A stretch of DNA of 64,000 nucleotides from a virus (IMGVR_UViG_3300029720_000418:3344-67343); one strand, 5' to 3'; shown: positions 7,534 to 17,880, numbered from the stretch's first letter. Notes: generated from the letters alone by a model not told the origin. Numbers and translations are program-made.

Positions 7534-8466
7534 ATGAAGAATGATTTGAAAAATAAGATGACTCGGTCATTATGTAAGGCAAAGTTTAAGGTTAAAAAGC
7601 ATAGTCCAGAGATCTTGGTTGTTGCAGGCGTGATTGGTACGGTGACAAGTGCTGTGATGGCATGTCGCGCTACAACAAAGCTGAGTAAGATTCTCGATGA
7701 GGCGAAAGAGACAGAGAAGACAATCTCTGAAGGAATGGAAAGTGGATATATCGCAGATCAGGAATACACAGAGGAAGACGGCAAGAAGGATCTCAGAATC
7801 ACAAAGGTTCAGACTGGATTAAAGGTTGTAAAGCTGTATGCACCAGCTGTTATCCTTGGCGGATTATCAATCACAGCCATGCTGACATCTAACAATATTC
7901 TCAGAAAGAGAAACGTATCACTTGCAGCGGCATATGCAGCAGTAGATAAGAGTTTCAAGGAATATCGTGGCAGAGTAAAGGAACGTTTCGGTGAAGAGCT
8001 GGACAAGGAGCTTCGTTACAACATCAAGGCGAAGGAAATCGAAGAAGTAGTTAAGGACGAGAAGACCGGTAAGGAAAAGGTTCAGAAAAAGATCGTGAAC
8101 GTTTCTGATTTTGATGATTGCAGCGAGTACGCAAAGTTTTATGATTGCGGTTGCACTGGATGGACGAAAGATCCAGAATTGAATTTGATGTTTCTTAGAA
8201 AACAGCAGGATTTCTTGAATGATCGGTTAAAGGCTGAGGGTTATCTGTTCTTGAATGACGTGTATGATGCTCTTGGCATTCAGAAAACAAAGATTGGTCA
8301 GATTGCAGGTTGGATTTACGATGAAAAGAATCCAGTCGGAGATAACTATATCGATTTCGGAATTTATGACACTCATCGTGAGGCAAATAGAAGATTTGTA
8401 AACGGTCTTGAGAGAACAATTCTTCTTGATTTCAATTGTGATGGTGACATTCTGGACATGATGTGA
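7534..8466 (+). CDS. paralog C of the two-TM membrane protein family
   Basis: RBS AAAGGAG. Has the KKHSPEILVVAGVIG N-terminus and the IGQIAGW C-terminal motif. Confidence 0.65.
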   Translation: MKNDLKNKMTRSLCKAKFKVKKHSPEILVVAGVIGTVTSAVMACRATTKLSKILDEAKETEKTISEGMESGYIADQEYTEEDGKKDLRITKVQTGLKVVKLYAPAVILGGLSITAMLTSNNILRKRNVSLAAAYAAVDKSFKEYRGRVKERFGEELDKELRYNIKAKEIEEVVKDEKTGKEKVQKKIVNVSDFDDCSEYAKFYDCGCTGWTKDPELNLMFLRKQQDFLNDRLKAEGYLFLNDVYDALGIQKTKIGQIAGWIYDEKNPVGDNYIDFGIYDTHREANRRFVNGLERTILLDFNCDGDILDMM

Positions 8467-8552
8467 ATGACCGGACTCGATAATATTGGGTCTGGAAACC
8501 CATATCGAGATATGTTTGACTATTCAAGGTTTAGCATGTAAGGAGGGCACAT

Positions 8553-8774
8553 ATGAAAGGAAGAGATTTAATCATTTATATTCTTGAAAATCATCTCGAG
8601 GATGAGGATGTGTTAAGTGATTTGAAGAAACTTGGATTATATTCTGTAAGAGAAGTGGCAGCTTTGAACAATGTTGGCGAAGCAACTGTTAAAGCATGGT
8701 GTAGTTTTGGAAGATATAATTATACCACAATTGATGACAGAATATATATCTGGTTGCCAGAAGGAGGTAAGTAA
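8553..8774 (+). CDS. hypothetical protein (73 aa)
   Basis: RBS TAAGGAGGG. Confidence 0.5.
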   Translation: MKGRDLIIYILENHLEDEDVLSDLKKLGLYSVREVAALNNVGEATVKAWCSFGRYNYTTIDDRIYIWLPEGGK

Positions 8775-8776
8775 AA

Positions 8777-9360
8777 TGAACAATGCGATTGAAAAAATTG
8801 CTATGTTTGTCGTTGGAGCCGCAACAGGCTCCTTTGTAACATGGCGAATCATTAAATCAAAGTATGAGCTGGTAGAAAACGGCGAGATTACAGTATATCC
8901 TGCCGAGGAAAAGGATGCGGAAGAGCCAGAGGAAACAGTCGAAGAGAATCCGGAAACCGAAGACAATGATGGAGAACCCGCATTCTCGGCTGAAGAGAAA
9001 AAAGAAGGCGAAAAGGTAATCAAAGACCTTAAATATCGAACATATTCCAACGGCGGAAGTAAAAAAAAACGGAAAAAATCAGTGGATGATGACGACGAAA
9101 TGTTTCCTTATGTTATTCCGCCAGAAGCTGTTGGCGACACTGGTTACGACCTTGTAAATCTCACATTATATTCGAACGGCGTTCTGGTGGATGATCTCGA
9201 CGACGAAGTGATTGAAGACGCAGAACTGCTTATTGGCAATTATGCTATCGATCGTATCGGTGAGTATGAGCCAGATATTATTCATGTAAGAAACGACGAG
9301 CTTCAGAGAGAATATGAGATCTGTCGTGTTGACGAGGAATATGAAACAACGGAGGAATAA
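8777..9360 (+). CDS. highly acidic protein with N-terminal TM (possible DNA-mimic-type early protein)
   Basis: ATG 8 nt after GGAGGTAAG. Very high D/E content (EEPEETVEENPETEDNDGE, DDDDE). Confidence 0.5.
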
Positions 9361-9362
9361 TA

Positions 9363-9929
9363 TTGAGAGGAGAATTTAAGGAAGATGTGCGAAGAGAATA
9401 CTTCGAGTGGCTTTATGATTATGTGTGTGCCGGTAAATTTTCGACAGATAATTCTTTTCGGAAATTATTGGAACATCTTCATGAACTTGAATTCACTTAT
9501 AGTATTCCAAGAGATCGCAACAGAGCTGAAGATGGTGAAAATATGCATTTCAGATTTATTATTGCACATGAGTATGAATATGAGGATATATCTGAAGACA
9601 TATTGGATGTGTTGGATGCACCTTGTAGTGTCCTTGAGATGTTGATCGCGTTGTCTATTCGGTGTGAGGAAACAATCATGGATGACCCAGATGTGGGAGA
9701 TCGAACTGCACAGTGGTTTTGGAATATGATTAACAATCTCGGTCTTGGAGGAATGATTGATTCTCGTTTTGATTGCGACAAAGTCGATCGAATTATATCC
9801 AGATTATTAAGTAGAAGCTATGCTCCGGACGGAACAGGTGGATTGTTTACTATCAAGAACTGCAAGTACGATTTAAGAGATGTTGAGATATGGGTTCAGC
9901 TCTGTTGGTATTTAGACACAATAACATAA
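9363..9929 (+). CDS. hypothetical protein (188 aa)
   Basis: TTG start 7 nt after GGAGGAA. The alternative-frame ORF 9385-9645 is judged spurious. Confidence 0.5.
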   Translation: MRGEFKEDVRREYFEWLYDYVCAGKFSTDNSFRKLLEHLHELEFTYSIPRDRNRAEDGENMHFRFIIAHEYEYEDISEDILDVLDAPCSVLEMLIALSIRCEETIMDDPDVGDRTAQWFWNMINNLGLGGMIDSRFDCDKVDRIISRLLSRSYAPDGTGGLFTIKNCKYDLRDVEIWVQLCWYLDTIT

Positions 9930-9948
9930 TAGGAAAGGAGCTTATATA

Positions 9949-12900
9949 ATGGCTGATTTTTATAGAATAGCTTATCAGAATAAGCAAGGCATGATAGAAA
10001 TATTTCCTAAATTCATTATTGGGAATAGCTCCGATCTTATGATACGAGGTGGCGATTTTTATGCTGTATGGTTGGAAGACAAAGGTCTGTGGTCTACTGA
10101 TGAGCAAGACGTCATTCGAATGATCGACAGAGATCTGGATAAGTATGTCACAGATAATAGTCCAAGGTTCGATACGAACACAAAGATTAAATATATGTGG
10201 GATGCAGAATCTGGATCGATTGACCGATGGCATAAGTATTGTCAGAAACAACAAAGGGACTCATTTCACATGTTGGATGAAAAACTTATATTTTCCAATA
10301 GTGAGACAAACAAGAAAGATTATGCCAGCAAACGATTGAATTATCCATTGGAACCTGGTAAATGTCCAGCTTATGAGAAGATTATATCAACGATATATTC
10401 GGAGGAAGAAAGACATAAGATTGAATGGGCAATCGGGTCTATTGTTACCGGCGATTCCAAGACAATACAGAAATTTCTTGTATTGTATGGCGCTGCTGGT
10501 ACAGGTAAATCAACCATCTTGAACATTATCCAACAGTTATTTGAGGGTTACTATTCGGTATTTGATGCGAAGGCATTGGGGTCGAGTAGTAACTCTTTTG
10601 CGTTAGAGGCATTTAAGTCGAACCCGCTGATTGCAATTCAGCATGATGGAGATCTGTCTAAGATCGAAGATAATACGAGATTAAATAGTCTTGTATCTCA
10701 TGAGATGATGACTGTGAATGAGAAATTCAAGTCAACCTATGCCAGCCAGTTTAAGTGTTTTCTATTCATGGGTACAAACAAGCCAGTACGGATCACAGAT
10801 GCAAAATCAGGTCTTATACGAAGATTGATTGATGTGTCACCTTCCGGAAAGAAAGTTAGCCCTAAAGAATACAACACTTTAATGGAGCAGGTTAAGTTTG
10901 AGCTTGGTGCTATTGCTTGTCATTGCAGAGATGTATATTTGGAAGATCCTGGGTATTATGACACATATCTTCCAATGTCAATGATGAGTGCATCAAATGA
11001 TTTCTACAACTTCATTATTGATTCGTTTCATGTATTCAAAAAAGAAGACGGAACAACGTTAAAGGCAGCATGGGAAATGTACAAAACATATTGTGATGAG
11101 GCAAAAGTTCCATATCCATTTTCTCAGAGAAGTTTTAAAGAAGAGCTTAAAAACTATTTTTGGGATTTTGACGAGGAGATTGATGAGGATGGATCTAAGA
11201 TAAGAAACATTTATCACGGATTTCGAACCGAGAAATTTGAGACTTTTAGTCACAGAAAAAGAGAGGAAAAAAATGTGACTAACTCAGAATCTTGGCTGCA
11301 ATTCATGAATGCTGCAGAAACAACAAAGAGCTTTGATATGGAATGTGAATCATGCCCAGCTCAATATGCAACGGACAAAGAAACCCCAAGTAAATCTTGG
11401 AACCGAGTCACAACCACACTCAAAGACATCGATCCATCGAAACTTCATTATGTCAAGGTTCCAGAGAATCACATAGTTATTGACTTTGATTTGAAGGGCG
11501 ATGACGGCAAAAAATCGTTTGAAAAGAATTTGGAGGCTGCTGCGAAGTGGCCACCTACGTATGCGGAGCTTAGTAAAAGTGAGGCAGGGATCCATCTTCA
11601 TTATATTTATAATGGGGATGTATCAAAATTAAGTCGTATATACGATGAAAACATTGAAATAAAGGTTTTTACAGGTAAGAGTTCTCTTAGACGAAAACTT
11701 ACCAAGTGCAATAATTTATCTGTTGCGATGATAAGCTCCGGACTACCTATGAAAGGAGAAAAGATGATAGATAAAAATATTGTACAATCTGAGAAAGGTC
11801 TCAGAACAACAATTAAAAAATGTCTTAATAAAGAAGTCCACGCTGGTACAAAATCCAATGTGGACTTTATTTATAAGATTTTGGATGATGCTTACAATGG
11901 CGGTCTTCATTATGATGTATCAGACATGAAGAATGAGGTATTAGCATTTGCTGCTAACAGTACCAATCAGGCACCATATTGTATCAAGCTGGCGAGTAAG
12001 ATGAAATTCAAGTCAGAAGAGATATCAGACGGCAAAGCGGATGAAAATGCACCATCGATATTTTATGATATTGAGGTATTTCCGAACTTATTCTTGGTCA
12101 ATTGGAAAATCCAGGGAGAAGGAAACCCCGTAGTTCGAATGATCAATCCAAGTCCAAAAGACATCGAGGATCTGATCAAATACAATCTTGTAGGGTTCAA
12201 CTGTCGAAGATATGATAACCATCTCATCTATGCAAGACTTATGGGATATACGAATGAGGAACTATATAACTTGTCTCAGAAAATTATATCTGGAGATAGA
12301 AATGCGTTCTTTGGGGAAGCTTACAATTTGTCTTATACAGATGTGTATGACTTTGCATCCGCTGGAAACAAAAAGAGCTTGAAGAAGCTTGAAATTGAGA
12401 TGTCGAACAAAGCAAATGACCCTACATCAAAAATGGATGATGGTCTTAGAAAGATGCTCAAGAACATTAAGCATCAGGAGTTGGGTCTGCCTTGGGACCA
12501 GCCGGTTCCGAAAGAATTATGGACCAAAGTTGCAGAGTATTGTGATAATGATGTCATTTCGACCGAGGCAGCATTCTTATATTTGTCTGCGGATTGGACA
12601 GCTAGACAGATTCTGGCGGACTTAGCGGGTATGACTGTAAATGACACGACAAACACTCTTACAACCAGAATTATATTTGGTCGGGAGAAAAATCCACAGA
12701 GTCAGTTCAATTACAGAGATTTGGCAGAACCGGTCACAGAAATGACATTGGAGATGCAGGAATTTTTAAAAGAAGCTTGTCCAGAAATGATAGCTGAACC
12801 ACATGGTGAAGCAAAAAGCATGTTACCTTATTTTCCAGGGTATAAGTACGAAGCCGGTAAATCAACATATCGAGGAGAGGTTGTTGGCGAAGGCGGATAT

Positions 12901-14106
12901 GTATATTCTGAACCAGGTATGTACGGAAACGTAGCATTACTTGATATTGCATCTATGCATCCTCATAGTGCTATCGCAGAGGTATTGTTTGGTGTTAAAT
13001 TTACACAGGCATTTAGAGATATTGTTGAGGGTCGTGTAAGTATCAAACATCAGGCTTGGGATGAGGTAAATCACATGCTTGATGGTAAACTTACGCCTTA
13101 TATTCAGAAAGTCATTGATGGTGAAATGACAGCTAAGCAGCTTGCAAATGCATTGAAGACTGCAATCAACTCTGTATACGGATTAACTTCAGCAAGCTTC
13201 AGCAATGCGTTTAGAGATCCGCGTAATAAGGACAATATTGTAGCTAAACGTGGTGCTTTATTCATGATTGACTTGAAGAATGAGGTGCAGGCAAGAGGAT
13301 TTACAGTTGCTCATATCAAGACGGACTCAATCAAGATTCCAGACGCAACGCCAGAAATCATACAGTTCGTTATGGATTTCGGTAAAAGATATGGTTATAC
13401 ATTTGAGCATGAGGCTACGTATGACAGAATGTGCCTCGTAAATGATGCAGTTTATATCGCAAAGTACAAAGACGCAGAATCATGTCAGGCTATGTATGGT
13501 TATGCGCCAGGAGATAATGCAGATCATGGTAGAGATTGGACTGCAACAGGTAAGCAGTTCGCCGTACCATATTTATTCAAGACATTGTTTAGTCATGAAG
13601 ATATTGAGTTCAACGATATGTGTGAGACGTTTGCAGTGTCTAAGGGTGATTTATATTTAGATATGAATGAGAACTTGCCTGACGTGGCTAAGTACGAAAT
13701 TGAATTAGAGAAGCTTGAGGAACAGTACAAGAAAGGTAAAATCTCGGATGTTATATTTGAATCCGAATCAGCGGGTCTTCCGGAAAAGATCGCAGAAGGA
13801 CATGAAATGCAGTTTGTAGGGAGAGTTGGTCAGTTCTGTCCGATTATGTCTGGAAACAATGGCGGAATTTTATACCGTGTCTGCGATGGTAAGAATTATG
13901 CTGCACCAGGATCGAGTGGATATCGATGGTTGGAATCTGAGACAGTGAAGAGATTAGGTTTGACTGATAACATTGATCGCTCATTCTATGATGCATTAGT
14001 AAACGATGCAGTAGATAGTATATCACAGTATGGAGATTTTGAGTGGTTTGTATCCGACGATCCATATGTAATGAATTTGGACACGTCGAGAATCCCATTC
14101 AAATAA
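9949..14106 (+). CDS. fused replicase: SF3/D5-like P-loop NTPase + AEP primase-polymerase + family-B DNA polymerase
   Basis: Walker A LYGAAGTGKST at ~10478-10516. AEP motifs IVIDFDLKGDDG and SEAGIHLHYIY at ~11469-11612. PolB Exo I FYDIEVFPN at ~12061, Exo II FNCRRYDNH, Exo III YCDNDV. Motif A LLDIASMHPHS at ~12940, motif B KTAINSVYG at ~13158, motif C IKTDS at ~13316. Confidence 0.8.
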   Translation: MADFYRIAYQNKQGMIEIFPKFIIGNSSDLMIRGGDFYAVWLEDKGLWSTDEQDVIRMIDRDLDKYVTDNSPRFDTNTKIKYMWDAESGSIDRWHKYCQKQQRDSFHMLDEKLIFSNSETNKKDYASKRLNYPLEPGKCPAYEKIISTIYSEEERHKIEWAIGSIVTGDSKTIQKFLVLYGAAGTGKSTILNIIQQLFEGYYSVFDAKALGSSSNSFALEAFKSNPLIAIQHDGDLSKIEDNTRLNSLVSHEMMTVNEKFKSTYASQFKCFLFMGTNKPVRITDAKSGLIRRLIDVSPSGKKVSPKEYNTLMEQVKFELGAIACHCRDVYLEDPGYYDTYLPMSMMSASNDFYNFIIDSFHVFKKEDGTTLKAAWEMYKTYCDEAKVPYPFSQRSFKEELKNYFWDFDEEIDEDGSKIRNIYHGFRTEKFETFSHRKREEKNVTNSESWLQFMNAAETTKSFDMECESCPAQYATDKETPSKSWNRVTTTLKDIDPSKLHYVKVPENHIVIDFDLKGDDGKKSFEKNLEAAAKWPPTYAELSKSEAGIHLHYIYNGDVSKLSRIYDENIEIKVFTGKSSLRRKLTKCNNLSVAMISSGLPMKGEKMIDKNIVQSEKGLRTTIKKCLNKEVHAGTKSNVDFIYKILDDAYNGGLHYDVSDMKNEVLAFAANSTNQAPYCIKLASKMKFKSEEISDGKADENAPSIFYDIEVFPNLFLVNWKIQGEGNPVVRMINPSPKDIEDLIKYNLVGFNCRRYDNHLIYARLMGYTNEELYNLSQKIISGDRNAFFGEAYNLSYTDVYDFASAGNKKSLKKLEIEMSNKANDPTSKMDDGLRKMLKNIKHQELGLPWDQPVPKELWTKVAEYCDNDVISTEAAFLYLSADWTARQILADLAGMTVNDTTNTLTTRIIFGREKNPQSQFNYRDLAEPVTEMTLEMQEFLKEACPEMIAEPHGEAKSMLPYFPGYKYEAGKSTYRGEVVGEGGYVYSEPGMYGNVALLDIASMHPHSAIAEVLFGVKFTQAFRDIVEGRVSIKHQAWDEVNHMLDGKLTPYIQKVIDGEMTAKQLANALKTAINSVYGLTSASFSNAFRDPRNKDNIVAKRGALFMIDLKNEVQARGFTVAHIKTDSIKIPDATPEIIQFVMDFGKRYGYTFEHEATYDRMCLVNDAVYIAKYKDAESCQAMYGYAPGDNADHGRDWTATGKQFAVPYLFKTLFSHEDIEFNDMCETFAVSKGDLYLDMNENLPDVAKYEIELEKLEEQYKKGKISDVIFESESAGLPEKIAEGHEMQFVGRVGQFCPIMSGNNGGILYRVCDGKNYAAPGSSGYRWLESETVKRLGLTDNIDRSFYDALVNDAVDSISQYGDFEWFVSDDPYVMNLDTSRIPFK

Positions 14107-14137
14107 AATTATATTTAAGAAAAGGAGATAGAAAATT

Positions 14138-14614
14138 ATGGAAGTAACATTTGCACCGAGAGGTATCTTGCAGATTAATGATGCAAGAATTATTTTTAGA
14201 AATTTTAGAGGAGCTGGACGGGCAGCATACAATCGTGAAGGTGATAGAAACTTTGCAGTATCAATCGATTCGACCGAGTTGGCTGATGAGCTGGTGGCAG
14301 AAGGATGGAATGTTAAGATCAAAGATGCCACAGAGGATGGAGAGATGCCAAGAATGCATCTTCCTGTAAAGGTAAAGTTCAACAACAAGGGGCCTCATGT
14401 GTATCTGAAGACTGGGGATAGAGTAAACAAGCTGGACGAGGATTCAGTAGCCATCCTTGATGATATTGATATTCTCAGCGTCAATCTTGACATTCGCCCT
14501 TATGATTGGGAAGTGAATGGAAAAACTGGACGGGCAGCATATTTACAGTCAATCGAGGTCATTCAGAACATCGATCGGTTTGCAGCCGGATATGACATGC
14601 CAGATGAGGAGTAA
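14138..14614 (+). CDS. putative ssDNA-binding protein (DUF2815-like pattern)
   Basis: Lies directly downstream of the polymerase. A duplicated GRAAY motif and the N-terminal pattern resemble phage SSB-like proteins. RBS AAAGGAG. Confidence 0.5.
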   Translation: MEVTFAPRGILQINDARIIFRNFRGAGRAAYNREGDRNFAVSIDSTELADELVAEGWNVKIKDATEDGEMPRMHLPVKVKFNNKGPHVYLKTGDRVNKLDEDSVAILDDIDILSVNLDIRPYDWEVNGKTGRAAYLQSIEVIQNIDRFAAGYDMPDEE

Positions 14615-14715
14615 AATCAGCAGAGGCTTGATCGTGATCGGTTGAGCCTCTTTCTTTTTAGAGCTTCTTATGATATACTCATTTATATTTTAAGGAGAAA
14701 AAGGAGGATTCTCAT

Positions 14716-15090
14716 ATGAAGAAAAAAGTATTACTGTTGGTTGGTTTAATGTTATGTTTATTACTGGTTGGATGTGGGAAAGAGAAAGAATCCATAGTTA
14801 AACCAGTTAGCATGGTTCCGGATCCAAGCGAATATTTTGCAGGGGCAGAAATTACGTTACTTGTAAACGATGAAGACGGATTTTATTATATGATTAAAAA
14901 ATATAATGATTCAGACTTTGATAAATACGTCGACGCTTGTATGACTGGAATATTTACTGATGTTGATTATAGTACAACTGATGACAAGGGGAAGATTTAT
15001 TATATATATGACTCCGATAAGAAATACAGATTAGATTGTACTATGGACAATGATTTAGAAATCATAAACATAATCTGTAACAAGCAGTAA
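14716..15090 (+). CDS. lipoprotein
   Basis: Signal peptide MKKKVLLLVGLMLCLLLVGC with an L-V-G-C lipobox. RBS AAAGGAGG. Confidence 0.6.
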   Translation: MKKKVLLLVGLMLCLLLVGCGKEKESIVKPVSMVPDPSEYFAGAEITLLVNDEDGFYYMIKKYNDSDFDKYVDACMTGIFTDVDYSTTDDKGKIYYIYDSDKKYRLDCTMDNDLEIINIICNKQ

Positions 15091-15152
15091 CCAACACACC
15101 AAGGACTCTCAGAAATGGGAGTCTTTTTTATTTGCTCAGAAAGGAGATAAAA

Positions 15153-15419
15153 ATGGTAAAGAAATATTTTAGACATGGCGGAACTTGGCAGTACAGCCAT
15201 AATAATGCCACGTTATCTAATTACACTACGGTCAATGTAGGGTTTTCAAGAGACGGAAACGAGGAAGATGAAACTCAGTTTGATATTGAAAAATACAATG
15301 TCGGCGAGCTGAATGAGTTATTCGATGAATTTGTTAAGGAGAATAATTTCTCCAATGTTAAGGTTTTGTATGTTGAAATTGTAAAGACGGCAAGAACAAT
15401 AGAAGAATTGGAGGATTGA
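15153..15419 (+). CDS. hypothetical protein (88 aa)
   Basis: RBS AAAGGAG with an ATG at spacing 7. Confidence 0.5.
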   Translation: MVKKYFRHGGTWQYSHNNATLSNYTTVNVGFSRDGNEEDETQFDIEKYNVGELNELFDEFVKENNFSNVKVLYVEIVKTARTIEELED

Positions 15420-15422
15420 GAT

Positions 15423-15896
15423 ATGGAAGTAAGAATTGAAGAATGGCATGGAATGAATATTCGGTTCGTAAATGTTGATGGTGAATGGTGGTGCGTCTAT
15501 GACGACATCATTAGTATAATAAAGAAATTTAACACCGGATATTGTTCGCATTTTGAAAGGGATCTTATAGATCATAAAAATTTAATACGGCGAATTGATC
15601 TGGATGGAGAGTCGGTGCTCATTGTAAATGAGTTGGGTATATATGAGATATTCTATTTATGCGATGGAATGTTGGAGACAGTAAACTTCAGGCATTGGTC
15701 TGGGGAAATAATGGCTAAGCTCCGTTCAAAGTATGGATTACAGCAATATGAAGTATTACAAATGCTGGACGATGATGTTCAGCAGGACATTAGTAGAATG
15801 ATTGATACTCTGTATTGGGACGATGAGAAAAAAATACTCATGCAGTCAGTGACAGTGCAGGGTGGAGATGTTGAACAAATACCATTTATGGAATAG
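15423..15896 (+). CDS. BRO-N/antirepressor-like domain protein
   Basis: N-terminal NIRFVNVDGEWWCVYDDIISII resembles the Bro-N consensus (IRvv..DGepWFvakDva..L). Confidence 0.45.
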   Translation: MEVRIEEWHGMNIRFVNVDGEWWCVYDDIISIIKKFNTGYCSHFERDLIDHKNLIRRIDLDGESVLIVNELGIYEIFYLCDGMLETVNFRHWSGEIMAKLRSKYGLQQYEVLQMLDDDVQQDISRMIDTLYWDDEKKILMQSVTVQGGDVEQIPFME

Positions 15897-15916
15897 AAGA
15901 ATTGGAGGGTTAAGAT

Positions 15917-16609
15917 ATGAAAAAAGAATTGATCTCTGGTGGGTGTATACTATGTGACGGTCTTACATCGGAAGAACTGATACAATCATTGGATAGACAC
16001 ATATTTCCACGAAAAAAAATTTATGATTTAAGCAAGCTTGAAGTCCATTTTGGCCGGGAATTATTTAATAGATTATGTAATGATGACATAATTAATTATG
16101 ACTCTATTAATCATTCATTTACAGTTACGGTATGTGAAATTCCTTGTCGTTTATCATACGAATGTCCATCTTATGGATATTGTGTATATTTGAAGCATGA
16201 TCACGAAGGCCAGATGGACTCGACGATAGGATTGTTTCAGGATGATATTAAAAGACAGCTTAATGCAGCATTTGGAAGATCGTCTGTACCTATTGATATA
16301 TCCGGAAGAATTAAAAAAGTTATCTTCAACCCACCTGCAACTATTATATTCTGGAAAGATAGTAGTAAAACAGTAGTGAAATGCGACGGCGAAGCTTTTG
16401 ATCCTGAGAAGGGAATGGCTATGGCAATCAGCCGCAAGGTGTTAGGTGATTCCTATGGATATTATAATATATTTGAAAAGTGGTGCAAGAAGTACAAGGA
16501 GCCGGGTAAAAGATCAGGCAAATATCCATGGGGAACAACTCCACAGGAAGTAGCGGCTAAGTATATGCCACTGCCTAATACAGAATCAGGTGATTCAGAT
16601 GCCGACTAA
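15917..16609 (+). CDS. hypothetical protein (230 aa)
   Basis: RBS GGAGGG. Cys-containing N-terminus. Confidence 0.55.
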   Translation: MKKELISGGCILCDGLTSEELIQSLDRHIFPRKKIYDLSKLEVHFGRELFNRLCNDDIINYDSINHSFTVTVCEIPCRLSYECPSYGYCVYLKHDHEGQMDSTIGLFQDDIKRQLNAAFGRSSVPIDISGRIKKVIFNPPATIIFWKDSSKTVVKCDGEAFDPEKGMAMAISRKVLGDSYGYYNIFEKWCKKYKEPGKRSGKYPWGTTPQEVAAKYMPLPNTESGDSDAD

Positions 16610-17846
16610 GCCGTTTCTGTACGATTATCAGATGGATGCTGTAAATCATATGTTCAATGGGTGCATTCTCAATGGTGGTGTTGGATCGGGAAAGAGTAGA
16701 ACCGGATTATATTACTACTTCAAAGAACAAGGCGGTAGTATAAATCCAGACTATAAACCGATGAAAAAACCAAAAGATTTATATATTATCACAACCGCTA
16801 TGAAACGGGACAAGCTTGAATGGGATGGAGAATTAGCAAACTTCTTATTGTCCAGAGACGCTAAGAAGAACACATTGAATGGCAACGTAAAAATCGTTGT
16901 TGATTCGTGGAACAGAGTAAAAAAATACATGGCTGTGGAAAATGCGTTCTTCATATTTGACGAACAAAGGGTTGTTGGATCGGGAACTTGGGTTAAGGCA
17001 TTTTTAAAGATAGCCAAAAACAATGATTGGATATTATTATCAGCAACAGCTGGCGATAAATGGCCTGATTATATTCCGGTATTTATAGCAAACGGTTTTT
17101 ATAAAAATCGATCTGAGTTTATTCGGGAACATATTGTATATTCTCGATATACAAAATATCCACAGATTGATAAGTATTTGAACGTCGGACGTCTAATTCG
17201 ATTAAGGAATAAAATTCTGATTGATATGGAATTTAAACGTCCAACGACAGCTCATCACAATGATATTTATGTAACATATGATGTCACTAAGTACAAATCG
17301 GTTGTAAAAAATAGATGGGATCCGTACAAAAATGAACCCATCCAGCAAGCATCAAGTCTTTGTTATATTCTGAGAAGAATAGTGAATGAAGACGAATCCA
17401 GAATAGTAGCTCTATTGGAGATTCTTGAGAAGACTCCTAGAGCTATTATTTTTTATAATTTTGATTACGAGCGAGAGATGCTATTACATGTTTTCAGCAA
17501 CCACGATGAAACAGATAAAGACTTTGAAGTAGCGGAATGGTCTGGACATGCCCACCAACCTGTGCCAGGAACAAAGCGATGGGTATATTTGGTGCAGTAC
17601 ACGGCTGGATGCGAAGGCTGGAATAGTATTAAGACAGACACGATTATATTCTACTCACAGAATTACAGTTATAAGGTTGTGACACAGGCTGCCGGTCGAA
17701 TTGATCGTCTGAATACGCCATTCAAAGATCTATATTATTATCATCTGAAAAGTCGAAGTGGAATTGACCTCGCCATTAGCAAAGCATTGAAGGAGAAGAA
17801 AAAGTTCAATGAAGCAAAGTGGTGTAAAAATTCATTCGCGAAATAA
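16599..17846 (+). CDS. SF2 (DEAD/DEAH-like) helicase
   Basis: Motif I GGVGSGKS, motif II FIFDEQR, motif III LSATAG, motif VI QAAGRIDR. The start could instead be the GTG at 16590. Confidence 0.7.
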   Translation: MPTKPFLYDYQMDAVNHMFNGCILNGGVGSGKSRTGLYYYFKEQGGSINPDYKPMKKPKDLYIITTAMKRDKLEWDGELANFLLSRDAKKNTLNGNVKIVVDSWNRVKKYMAVENAFFIFDEQRVVGSGTWVKAFLKIAKNNDWILLSATAGDKWPDYIPVFIANGFYKNRSEFIREHIVYSRYTKYPQIDKYLNVGRLIRLRNKILIDMEFKRPTTAHHNDIYVTYDVTKYKSVVKNRWDPYKNEPIQQASSLCYILRRIVNEDESRIVALLEILEKTPRAIIFYNFDYEREMLLHVFSNHDETDKDFEVAEWSGHAHQPVPGTKRWVYLVQYTAGCEGWNSIKTDTIIFYSQNYSYKVVTQAAGRIDRLNTPFKDLYYYHLKSRSGIDLAISKALKEKKKFNEAKWCKNSFAK

Positions 17847-17862
17847 TCATGCCCTTATATGA
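17835..17862 (+). promoter_or_regulatory. conserved promoter-like motif copy (overlaps the helicase stop codon)
   Basis: TTCGCGAAATAATCATGCCCTTATATGA. Confidence 0.45.
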
Positions 17863-17880
17863 GAGGAAAGGAGTGATTAT

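Noticed and set aside
9385-9645. Alternative-frame ORF with an ATG at 9385
   Set aside because: The overlapping frame 9363-9929 is longer, has an RBS (GGAGGAA) and has more protein-like composition.
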